From positions 4,154,001-4,218,000 of the forward strand of contig JBHGNT010000001.1 in the NCBI GenBank assembly GCA_043228905.1: a stretch of DNA of 64,000 nt, written 5' to 3'. The position numbers were made by a program, and so were the translations under genes. Below, in pieces: positions 1 through 10,750 of this stretch. The stretch is from Azolla caroliniana (Eukaryota > Plantae > Polypodiophyta). Below the pieces are notes generated by a model. It saw only the letters and a list, made by a program, of their open reading frames with translations, searched no databases and was not told the origin of the DNA. Every line of letters starts with the position of its first letter. Within the stretch, counting starts at the first letter, position 1.

Positions 1-315
1 CTGCAACAACACTTCGTCCTCGCCAACACGCGATATTTCTATCTTCCTCCTCTCCCTCCTTAAATAGTTCGGAAAAGGGGGGGGGGGGGGGGGGGTGCCC
101 CTTTCTCCCTAGTCAAATCGCTTTATTCCCTGTCCCTTCTGACAGAGATACGCACGATCCCCTCATAAATGTGTACTACTTAGTATTTACATTAGCCAAT
201 CCATTTATGAATCATGTACAAATATCAAGATATCCATTCACGCGTCCATCCGTGTAAGAGCCGGTCCATGCGCCCTTTGCTCCGATTCCGCCCATGGCCG
301 GTTTTCTTCACGACA
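1..315 (-). mobile_element. Partial 5' LTR (element H, truncated by the window edge), related to Gypsy D, inserted into the RT of Copia G
   Basis: Minus strand begins TGTCGTGAAGAAAACCGGCCATGGGCGGAATCGGAG versus Gypsy D LTR TGTCGTGAAGAAAACCGCCCACAAGAGGAATCGGAG. It interrupts the Copia RT frame right after PVAKMTTVR. TATA-like CTATTTAAG (~58-67) and GAGGACGAAGTG are shared with the D LTR. Confidence 0.8.
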
Positions 316-677
316 CCGCACAGTCGTCATCTTTGCCACCGGGGGAAATCTCTCTTCGTAGTCGGCTTCATGTGTTTGTGCGTATCCTTTCGCTATGAGT
401 CGAGTTTTGTAGCGGTTTACGGAACCGCCTGCGTTATACTTCACCTTGTAGATCCATCTGCAGTCGATCGCCTTCTTGCGTGGTGAGTGGGGGACAAGGT
501 CCCATGTCTTATTTTTGGAGAGTGCTTGCATCTCCTCATTCATCGCTTCAACCCATTTGGGGTCCTTCACGGCTTTGGAAAACGTTTCCAGCTCTCGTAC
601 TGTCGCTACCTTCATCATAAAGGCGTAATGGTACACCATATAATCGTTGTCACCGAATCGGCTTACGGGGTTCTTTT
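316..677 (-). pseudogene. Copia G reverse transcriptase N-terminal fragment
   Basis: ORF 238..768 translation KWVEAMNEEMQALSKNKTWDLVP..WIYKVKYN..YKTRLIAKGYAQTHEADYEERFPPVAKMTTVR is typical Copia RT (RVT_2). Confidence 0.9.
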
Positions 678-929
678 TGTAGGGGATGAACAAGGCCGTC
701 AGTGCAGAAGAGATCACGCAGTATGAGATTGTGAGGAGGAAATACCTGCGTATGAGACAGGGCAACAACTATAACAATGAACAACCAACCTTTACAAAAG
801 GTTACAAAGTCACTTTATATAGTGACTCACTTAGGGCAACTGCCCTTTATGTTATTTACAGAAATAGCCCGAACTTGGGCTCTCTAAGAGGATAGTGTGA
901 ATACGTCCATTATACATTTCTATTCGACA
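678..929 (-). repeat. Copia A 3' LTR (252 bp; ~73 bp internal deletion relative to the 5' LTR)
   Basis: Matches 28573-28897 except for the missing purine-rich block after CTGCGTATGA. Confidence 0.92.
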
Positions 930-1126
930 CTCCCCCGTAATGGGCGTATACATGGGTTATCTAAAATAAAGTATGGGTATAGGCATAGGTTCTCGGACAG
1001 GTCGGTTTTGTTCGAATCAGCATGATCTGTAGACAGAAGACCGAACTGGTCGGGTCAGAAAAGCTGAAGCCGATTGTCAGTGAACCGATGTCTGTTATCC
1101 GAAACCGTCCTGCACTATGTTCGGCT

Positions 1127-1719
1127 TCAACCAGACCGATATGTTGTTACGCCCATCTGTTGCCGAAGAGACCGGAACCGGTCTGCCGAAAGACACTTGG
1201 TCATTCCATCTGCGACATTATCGGTTGTGGATATCTTCTCTAAACCGATTTTCCCGGAAATGACGCAATCCCGAACAAAGTGATATCGAACTTCGATATG
1301 CTTGGAGGCGTTGTGATGAACCGGATTTTTCGACAAAGCAATGGCACTCTGACTGTCGTTGTAGACAACTGGAGTCGAGTCGGGGTCGACTTGCCGAAAT
1401 GTGTGCGCCAGCCGACTGAGCCATAAAGCTTTTGAAGTTTCGACTTCCACGAGATTGCTCCATTGCCGAATTTAAAGCAATATCCGGTTGTTGACTTGCG
1501 ACTGTCCACACAGCCGGCGAAGTCCGAGTCGGTGTAAACGACTACGCCTGAAGTTGAGTTCGGACCGAAAAGGATGCCGTGGTCTTTTGTGCCAGCTAAA
1601 TATCTGAACACATGCTTGACTGCGTTCCAGTGCGATCGGCCGGGATTGTGCATAAATCTGTTGATGACTCCTACAACGTGAGAAATATCAGGCCGTGTCA
1701 TGACCATCACGTACATTAG
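1127..1719 (-). pseudogene. Copia A RT end and RNase H (deleted/frameshifted)
   Basis: TRPDISHVVG..VYTDSDFAGCVDSRKSTTGY..SWKSKLQ then DSQSAIALSKNPVHHNASKHIEVRYHFVR. The ECTATSTTEAEYVA segment present in Copia E is missing. Confidence 0.9.
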
Positions 1720-2331
1720 TGTAGGGAATAATCCCTTCGTTTCACCTTCTTCTCCCGGCCACAACCGAGTAATCGCGGATCAATGGAGCAGAAAATAGGA
1801 ACCAAAGAGAGAAATACACGAGCACACAGTGATTAACGTGGAAAACCCTAGATGGGAAAAACCACGGGAGTACAAGACTCCAAACAACACTATACAAGGA
1901 GAAGTATACAATGACGAGCTCCAAGGCGACGACCTTGAGCTCGCTGTCCTCGCCACAGGCGGCGGAAATACACAGAGGCGTCGTCCTCTTCCTCTCTCGC
2001 GCTCTATCTCTCTCTCTCTCTCTCTCACGGCTGCTTACACTTCACTCCTCTTGAGTGGAAAAACAGAAAAATGAGAAGCAACAACAAAACTGTTTGCCCT
2101 AAGTCATATTTATACTTATATGACTTTGGGCTATTTACAACTGTAGCCTCAGGGGCCCATAGCGAACATATTCACGGATATGTCCCTGCATCCGGATCGC
2201 TCTCCGGGTACATTCGTCATCCGGTACCGAAACCGGGGTCTTCGTCATCCGGATCCGAAACCGAAACCGGGCTCGTCGGCATTCATCTCCGATATCCGTC
2301 CATCCCATGCGAAGGGACCGTAATCCCAACA
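1720..2331 (-). repeat. Copia B 3' LTR
   Basis: Direct repeat of 6448-7059 (offset 4728) with TG..CA ends. Confidence 0.97.
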
Positions 2332-2341
2332 AACTCCCCCT

Positions 2342-5300
2342 TCACTTCGGCATGGGATGTCTCTCCAATCCGACCCTCTTCCGGCATGCTTCCAGCTTGT
2401 CGGGTGTGAGGACCTTGGTCAGCATATCCGACCCGTTCTCGTCCGTGTGGATCTTCGTCAGCACGAACTCCTTGTCTTCTATCCTTTCCCGGATCCAGTG
2501 ATATCTTCGCTGGATGTGCTTCGTCCGGGAGTGATAGGCCGCGTTCTTCGCAAGGTGGATTGCACTCTGACTGTCGCAGTAGAGTCGGTACTCCTCCTGT
2601 CGGATACCGAGCTCTCTAATGAAGTCCTTCATCCATATTATTTCCTTGCCGGCTTCAACAGCCGCCATGTACTCCGCCTCCGTGGTTGACAACGCAACCG
2701 TCTTCTGCAGCCTCGACTGCCATGAAACAGCTCCCCCTGCATACGTCATCACATACCCTGATGTGGACCGGCTGGTATCTGCATCAGCCGACATATCCGA
2801 ATCGGTGAAACCGTCGAGTTCGGGTTTACCGGAGCCGAATCGGAGGCACACATTCGCTGTGCCCTTCAGGTATCGGAGTATCCACTTGACCGCGTTCCAA
2901 TGCTCTTTGCCGGGATTGCTCATGTACCGGCTCACCACTCCGACTGCATATCCTATGTCCGGTCTCGTACACACCATGGCGTACATCAAGCTCCCGACGG
3001 CTGAGGCATACGGCACTTTCATCATATCCTCCTTTTCAGCCTTTGTCTTGGGACTTTGCTTGCTGGACAGCTTGCAGTTTGTCGGGAGGGTCGATCCGAC
3101 CGGTCTTGCTTCCGACATGTTGAACCGGTGAAGCACCTTCGTCACGTACTTCTCCTGTGACAGCCACAACTGCTTCTTCTTCCGGTCCCGGATGATGTGC
3201 ATCCCTAGTATTTGCCTCGCCGGACCCAGGTCCTTCATTGAGAAGGTTCGGTGAAGAGCCTTCTTCAGCATCCGTATCTTGACCTGGTCCCGTCCGACGA
3301 TCAACATGTCGTCCACGTACAGGAGGAGTATTAGAGAGTCTCCTCCTTCGAACTTCCTCACAAACACGCAGTGGTCGGACTGCGTTTTGAGGTACCCTTC
3401 GTCGGTCATGAAGGAGTCGAACTTCCGGTACCATTGCCGGGGAGCCTGCTTCAGTCCGTAAAGGCTCTTCTTCAACCGGCATACCAGGTGCTCCTTCCCT
3501 TTCTTCTCGAATCCTTCCGGTTGCTGCATGTAGATCTCTTCTTCGAGGTCACCGTGAAGGAATGTCGTCTTCACGTCCATCTGTTCTACCTCGAGGTCCA
3601 TGCTTGCCGCTATGCTCAGCACCGTCCGGATGGAGGTCATCTTCACTACCGGGGCAAATATCTCGTCGAAGTCGACGCCCTTCTTCTGCTGAAACCCCTT
3701 CACCACGATCCTGGCTTTGTATCTCGGGGGGTTTCCGGCATCTCCCGGTTTCAGCTTGAACACCCACTTGTTACGGAGTGCCCGTTTTCCTTTTGGCAAC
3801 TCCACAAGTTCATATGTGTGGTTCTCATGCAGGGAATCCATCTCGTCCTACATGGCACTCAACCACCTGCGGCTCTGGGTGTCATGCTTTGCTTCTTCAA
3901 AGCTCTCCGGCTCCCCCTCGTCGGTTAGCAGCACGTGCTCTGGTTCCGGAAATCTCCGGGGGGCCCTTCTCTCTCTTAGAGGATATCTCCGTTCCGGAGC
4001 TTCGGTAACCGGTTCTCCCGATTCTTCTTCTTCATCCGAATCCATTTCGGGATCGGGGCCGATTCCGGTATCATTTTCATCTTCTTCGGCCGGTTCTGTT
4101 TCTTCACCGTCTTCGGCCGGGTCCTCGAGTGCTAACCGGTCCCTTGCCGGTCGGGACTGCTCCTCGTAGAGTTTATCCTCACCAGTCGACTTGGAGCTCT
4201 TCATCTTCTTCTCCGACTCCAAGTCGGCGAGTGTCTTGTCCTCCATGAAGATGATGTCTCGACTCCTGAATATCTTCTTGTCGACCGGGTCCCATACTCG
4301 GTAGCCGAACTCGTCGTCGCCGTAACCGAGGAATATGCATGGCCGGGTCTTTGGATCTAGCTTCCCTCTCCGGTCCTTTGCCACATGCACGTATGCGAGA
4401 CACCCGAACACCTTCAGATGCCGGTAGGATACTTCCCTACCGGTCCACACTCTCTGCGGCGTGTCTCCGTCCAAAGGTACTGAGGGTGATCTGTTTATCA
4501 CATATGTCGCCGTCGACATTGCCTCAGCCCAAAATCCCTTGGGTAATTTCGCATGCGCCAGCATACTCCGGACCCTCTCCATTATGGTCCGGTTCATCCT
4601 CTCGGCCAGCCCGTTCAGTTCCGGCGTCTTCGGCACAGTAAACTCGAGCCGGATTCCCTTCGAGCGACAGTACTCCTGGAACTGCCCCCGGTATTCCCCT
4701 CCGTTATCCGCTCGTATCGCTTTCAGCTTCTTGCCGGATTCCCTTTCCACTCTCGCGTGGAGTTCTTTGAAGACGCACAACACTTGGTCCTTTGTCTTCA
4801 ATGGTGCCGTCCACAGTCTTCGACTGTGATCATCTATGAAAGTTACGAAGTACTGGGCTCCGCCATGTGACTTCGTTTCTACCTGACACACGTCGGTGTG
4901 CACCAACTCCAATGGTGCGCTACGTCTCGTCGGTGGCCTTGAGTGGAAGGAGGTTCGGTTCTGCTTACCGGCCAGGCAGTCGGTGCACTTCTCCAGGTGC
5001 ACATGCTTCACCGGAATAAGGTTGTCTTCTGCAAGCCTCTTCATCCCCTTCTCACTCATGTGGCACAGTCTTTTGTGCCACAGCTCACCGGCAGTGTCGG
5101 CTGCCACATTCAGCTCTTCCGGACATAACCGGGCATTCATCAGGTACAGTGTGTTGACCTTCCGGGCCCGAGCCACTATCAAGCTCCCCTTGCTGAACTT
5201 CATGACACCGTTCCGGATGCTACCCGTGTAGCCTTCATCATCTAGCCTCCCGGCCGAAATCAGGTTCAGTCGGACCTCCGGAACGTGTCGGACATTCTTC

Positions 5301-6418
5301 AGCAGCATTTTGCATCCGGTCGGGGTTGTCAACCACACGTCTCCTATGCCGGCAATCCGGCACGTACCTTCGTTTCCCATCCGAACACAGCCATGCTCGC
5401 CGGCTGTGTAGGATGAGAAGTATCTTCTCTCCGGGGTCAGGTGGAACGACGCTCCGGAATCGACCACCCAGGTCGTCTCATCGCCGGCAATGTTTAGCTC
5501 ACCTTCTTCGGTGATGAGCATGATTTCTTCTTCACTTGCCGCAAGTGCCGTCGTTCCTTTCCGGTCCTGCCCTCGCCGATCCGAACCTCTCCGGTCCGTG
5601 ACTCCCCGGTATGCACCGTTTCTCTCCGGTGACTTCTTCGAATCGGTGTCGTCGGCTCCGTTGTCTTTTCGGTAATGCCGACAATTCTTTCGGAAGTGCC
5701 CCGGCTTCCCACAGTGGAAGCATGTGGGCCTTCCTCTTGACTGCGACCGGGTCCCCGACTTCTCCCGTCTTTGCGGACTCCGGTTCCATTGTCTTCCCCG
5801 ATCCGATTCGGTAAACAACATCTTCGGGTCGGAGGCCGGTTCCTTATCTCTCCGACGCGCTTCTTCGTTCAAAATACTTGTCTTTACCGTTTGTAGGGAC
5901 AAGTTATCTTCGGTGCAGGAGGTGCTGAGAGTCACCACCAAGTTCTCCCAGCTTTCCGGCAATGTACACATCAGGATGATGGCTTGCATTGCATCCTCCA
6001 ACGGGAACTTGATCGCTGCAAGCTGATTCACGAATCCCATGAACGTGCTTACGTGTTCCACCATACTCTCGCCGTCCCGGTACTTGAGATTCACTATCTT
6101 CCTCATCAGGGAGGTCCGGTTCAACGCATTCTTCCTCTCGTAGAGGCCCGACAGCTTCTTCCACATCTCATATGCGTTGGTGTCGTTCGCCACATGTTGT
6201 AGGACGCTTACATCGACATATTGTCGGATCGTCGCTACGGCTTTCCGGTTCAGGAGCTTCCACTCCGACTCAAGTACCCCCTTCGGTATTTCCGACCTGT
6301 CAATCGGTTCGTACAGGTCCCGAACAATCAGAAGATCCTCCATCTTGATCTTCCAGTCGGCGTAATTCTGTGCATTCAGCACCATCATCCCCGGCTGCCC
6401 GCTGCCGCCGCCTTCCAT
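2342..6418 (-). CDS. Copia B gag-pol polyprotein (Gag, CCHC knuckle, protease, integrase, RT, RNase H) with a single in-frame TAG at 3848-3850
   Basis: ORFs 3848..6427 and 2342..3841 are in the same frame. Motifs: CFHCGKPGHFRKNC, WVVDSGAS, LVHTDVC..FIDD..DNGGEY..NGLAER, YVDDML, TDSDM..TEAEY..CDSQSA. ATG at 6418. Confidence 0.93.
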
Positions 6419-6447
6419 TTTCTGCAACAGTCGCTCTGATACCAGTT

Positions 6448-7059
6448 TGTAGGGAATAATCCCTTCGTTTCACCTTCTTCTCCCGGCCACAACCGAGTAA
6501 TCGCGGATCAATGGAGCAGAAAATAGGAACCAAAGAGAGAAATACACGAGCACACAGTGATTAACGTGGAAAACCCTAGATGGGAAAAACCACGGGAGTA
6601 CAAGACTCCAAACAACACTATACAAGGAGAAGTATACAATGACGAGCTCCAAGGCGACGACCTTGAGCTCGCTGTCCTCGCCACAGGCGGCGGAAATACA
6701 CAGAGGCGTCGTCCTCTTCCTCTCTCGCGCTCTATCTCTCTCTCTCTCTCTCTCACGGCTGCTTACACTTCACTCCTCTTGAGTGGAAAAACAGAAAAAT
6801 GAGAAGCAACAACAAAACTGTTTGCCCTAAGTCATATTTATACTTATATGACTTTGGGCTATTTACAACTGTAGCCTCAGGGGCCCATAGCGAACATATT
6901 CACGGATATGTCCCTGCATCCGGATCGCTCTCCGGGTACATTCGTCATCCGGTACCGAAACCGGGGTCTTCGTCATCCGGATCCGAAACCGAAACCGGGC
7001 TCGTCGGCATTCATCTCCGATATCCGTCCATCCCATGCGAAGGGACCGTAATCCCAACA
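6448..7059 (-). repeat. Copia B 5' LTR
   Basis: Followed on the minus strand by AC then TGGTATCAGAGC (tRNA-iMet PBS). Confidence 0.97.
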
Positions 7060-7064
7060 ATTAG

Positions 7065-10000
7065 AGAGCCTACTGCCGGTGCATACGGTACCGACTTCAT
7101 ATCTTCCCCCTCCGGACCGGATGTCGGGCTGTCTCGCTGAGAAAGCCGAAGATGAATGGGGAGCGGGGTCGAAGCAGACTTGGCCGATTGCATGTTGAAG
7201 CGTTCCAAGACACGTCCGATGTAGTCGGTTTGAGACAGAAAAAGTTGTCTTTTGGCGCGATTCCGACTAATCTTCATTCCGAGTATGTGTCTTGCCGGAC
7301 CGAGGTCCTTCATGGCAAACTTCAATCGCAGTTTCCGAATGAGTTCGGTGAGCTCTTCAGTATGCCGACCGGAGAGTAGCATGTCGTCCATGTAGATGAT
7401 GAGGAAGACGGGAGAACCGTCTTGAGCGGTTTTGGTGAAGAGGCAGTGGTCCTCATCGCTCTTGGAGAAGCCGACCGACTGGATGAAATCGTCGAACTTC
7501 TTGTACCAATGTCAGGGTGCCTGTTTCAGGCCGTAAAGACTCTTCCTGAGTCGGCAGACTAGATGTTCCTGACCGGTGGCCATAAAGCCTTTCGGCTGCT
7601 CCATGTAGATTTCCTCCTTTAGATCACCGTGGAGGAATGTCGTTTTCACATCTAGCTGAATCAGCTCCAAATTGTCGGCAGCCACAACACTGAGCATGAA
7701 ACGAAGGGTTGTCATTTTCACCACTGGTGAAAAGATTTCGTCGAAGTCGACGCCATATTCCTGTCGAAATCCCTTCGCAACTAATCTGGCCTTGTACTTT
7801 GGGGTGGTCGAGTCGGACGTCTCCTTTAGTCTATAGACCCACTTGCAAGGAAAAGCACATCGATTCTTCGGTAAGTCGACCAGATCCCAAGTCTTGTTGG
7901 CGCAGATGGAGTGCATTTCCGACTCCATTGCTAGATGCTAGGTGGCTGATTCGGCAGCTGCCGATGCTTCTTCGTAGGACGTCGGTTCTCCGGTGTCGGT
8001 GAAGAAAATTCCGAGAGAGTACCTCTCCGAAGGTTGTGACAGTCTCTCGGATCGTCGAGGTATGACTGGACTGGTCGCATCGGGTGTCGATGTCAGATGG
8101 TCGGAAGCCGAGCCATTCGGCTGTGCCGAATCTGTGGATTCGGTGCGAGAGAAGTCGGTTACCCGTGAAACCGATCTCACGTTGTGTGTTGGGCCGTCAT
8201 GAAGGGTTGGCACTTCAGAAAATATTACCCTTCGGACTTCAATAGGCCATTCGGCCATTTTGTGCATAGTCAACTCGTTGAACACGACGTCCAAACTTCA
8301 GACGATTTGCCTGTGCTCGGGGTCCCAGAGTCGGTATCCGATCTCGTTGTCGGGTCCATACCCGAGGAAAACGCATTTCCTTGATCTCGGTTCGAGTTTT
8401 CGGCGGTCGTCTTTCGGTATGAGGGCGTATGCCTCGCAACCGAAAATCCTTAGCTTATCATAATTTGGCTTTCTGCCGGTCCATATTTCCTGAGGTATCT
8501 TAAGTCCTAGAGGTCTACTTGGCGACATATTGATTATGTGTACTGCCGTGAGTAGAGCCTCTGCCCAAAAGCCATCCGACAGTCCGGAGTGTTGGAGCAT
8601 GGATACAACGCGTTCTTGAATCGTCCGATTCATGCGTTCTGCAATTCCGTTCTGCTCCGGACTATATGGTGCCGTATATTCACGTCTAATGCCGCGTTCT
8701 CGGCAAAATTTGACGAATTCATCAGATTTGAACTCACCTCCATTGTCGGTTCAGAGACACTTCAGTTTCCGACCGGTCTGGTTTTCGACCATTGCGAGCC
8801 AATCTGAGAAGATCAAGAACACCCGATCTTTGGTTCTAATGGGGTAGGCCCACACCTTCCGAGTTGAGTCGTCAATGAAACTGACGAAGTACGAGGCACC
8901 ACCGAGTGACTGATGTCGCATCGGGCCACAGACATCCAAGTGGACCAAATCGAGCGGGCTCGACTCTCTTGGTGCTGATGTCGGGTGTGATGCGGCTACC
9001 TGTTTGCCGTACTGGCAATGCTCGCAAAACTGATGGTCCGAGAAGGAGAGTTTCAGGATGTATCCGGCTCTGGATAGGTGCGTGATGCCGGCCTTGCTGA
9101 GGTGTCCAAGTCGTCCATGCCATAAGGATGACACTGGGATATCTACTAGAAATAAGTCACCCTCTCTAAGTGTGACATACAAAGGGTACAATGAGTGTAC
9201 CTTTGGTCCTCTAGCAAGCAGGAGGTTCCCTCTGTGGAGTGTCCACCCTCCTGATGAGAAACCAACACGGATGCCAACTTCATCAAGTTGTCCGACTGAA
9301 ATCAAGGGTCGTGAGAGCTCAGGAACGTGTCGGACGTTGTGTAGTACGAGTGTAGAGCCACCCGAAAGGTTGAGCTCTACGGTGCCAATTCCGATGATAG
9401 CACAGTGTTGCGAATTTCCGACCCGAACTGAGTCGGAGTGCCGGTCCGAATATTGCCGAAACTGTGATCGGTGAGGTGTCACGTGATACGACGCGCCCAA
9501 GTCCAGAAGCCATGTGCTCGATTCCTCAGTCGTAAGAAGAACTTCTTATTCGACTGGATTCTCTATGGACAATATGTTCGGGTTGGTCGTCAATATCTCG
9601 GCTGAAGAGCCGACGTAATTGACTTCCTCATGCCGGTTACTCCTCTGATCAGCTCTCTAAGCTTTGTTTGTCCTTGACTTGAGTACCCGACAGTCGGCCT
9701 TGATGTGTCCCGGTTTCTTGCAGTAGTTGCAAATTCGGGTTTCCCGGGACTTGTTGCGGCTTCGCTGATTTGTCGGCGGTCGGGAAGAGCTTCTTCCCCG
9801 GTTGTTCGATCGGTCGGTCGAACCGTGTACTACATAGGCTTCTTCTATCGAGTCTTTGGTGAAAGACTTTCTCCGAGCTGCTTCAGTCAGGATTGCACTT
9901 GTGACTTCGGAGTACTTGATGGCAGTCGTAGAAGCGTTGCACACAATTGTAACTAAGGTTTCCCAAGAGGAGGGGAGACTGCTCATGAGTATCATTGCTC

Positions 10001-10233
10001 TTAGTTCATCCTCGATTGTCGTCCCCTGTGACGAGATTTGGGAGCTCAAACTTTCGTACTCGTTAAGGTGTGCCTAAACCGAATCGGAATCTTTCATCCG
10101 CAAGTTGTAGAGGCGTCGGATCAAATACATCTTCGTTGAGGCGACCTTCTTTTTGTAGGTTTCCGACAGTTTCTTCCAAAGTTCGAAGGCTGTCGTGCAC
10201 GATTGCACTGTGAAGTACATTGACTCCGATAGG
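7065..10233 (-). pseudogene. Copia A gag(C-terminal)-protease-integrase-RT, interrupted by several stops and frameshifts
   Basis: ORF fragments 9657..10049, 8751..9500, 8298..8633, 7938..8294, 7512..7928 and 7011..7391 align colinearly with the 1338-aa ORF at 52608..56624. Confidence 0.93.
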
Positions 10234-10689
10234 TGTTACCCGTTTCTTTGGGTGAACACCTTCGATAGATCTGCGGTTATCGGTATTCAAGGGCGTGGTA
10301 CGTGAAGGCTCGTAACCGAGGCGTCGAGAGAGACAGTGCTCAGAGAGAAAACACTAACGAGATCTTGGCAGGCGTGGGCGGCGCTCAAATCATAGGTATG
10401 AATTAAAGCACAGACACATGGAGCAAACTGGGCACAATTCAGATATATTACTGCGACAGAAAAGATTACAGAACACGGCCTACGGCCGGTGACCTTACAA
10501 GATTATCTAGTTACGAGGGGCTCAGCTAGTGCTTCCGCCTATATTTTTCTTCTCTCCCTCCCTCTGAGGTACTGGTCCTCGTTTAAATAACTTTTCCCCT
10601 AATACACAGCCGAGCCGTCGGTGGCCCGTGATACTCGGACTCGGTGTTTCCTAATTTCCTAATTTTACATTTCTGTCCTCTCGACAACA
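10234..10689 (-). repeat. Gypsy C 3' LTR
   Basis: Direct repeat of 27012-27469; TGTTACC...ACAACA. Confidence 0.95.
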
Positions 10690-10750
10690 CCTGGCACTTA
10701 CAAAATACTAACAATATTACAAAAATTGCCTTTTAGGCGTGATCCTCTTT

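Larger units (their letters stand above)
1720..7059 (-). mobile_element. Copia B: young Ty1/Copia element inserted into the RT of Copia A
   Basis: 612-bp LTRs 1720-2331 and 6448-7059 appear identical. TSD ATTAG at 1715-1719 and 7060-7064. PBS TGGTATCAGAGC 6433-6444; PPT AGGGGGAG 2334-2341. Confidence 0.97.

Noticed and set aside
76-95. 20-nt G run as a functional G-quadruplex
   Set aside because: A simple homopolymer in an LTR; length is error-prone and there is no further support.
238-768. 176-aa ORF as a standalone gene
   Set aside because: Spans the Copia A LTR, a Copia G RT fragment and the H LTR; it is an artefact of nesting.
2357-6439. Many plus-strand and alternative-frame ORFs of 60-185 aa over Copia B, and likewise over Gypsy D (e.g. 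18912..19847, 19953..20729)
   Set aside because: Shadow ORFs expected in GC-rich coding DNA; no recognisable motifs.
7938-7940. TAG near the INT/RT boundary of Copia A as a programmed stop paralleling Copia B
   Set aside because: Intact relative E has TGG (SATWHLAM) here, and A carries many other disabling mutations.
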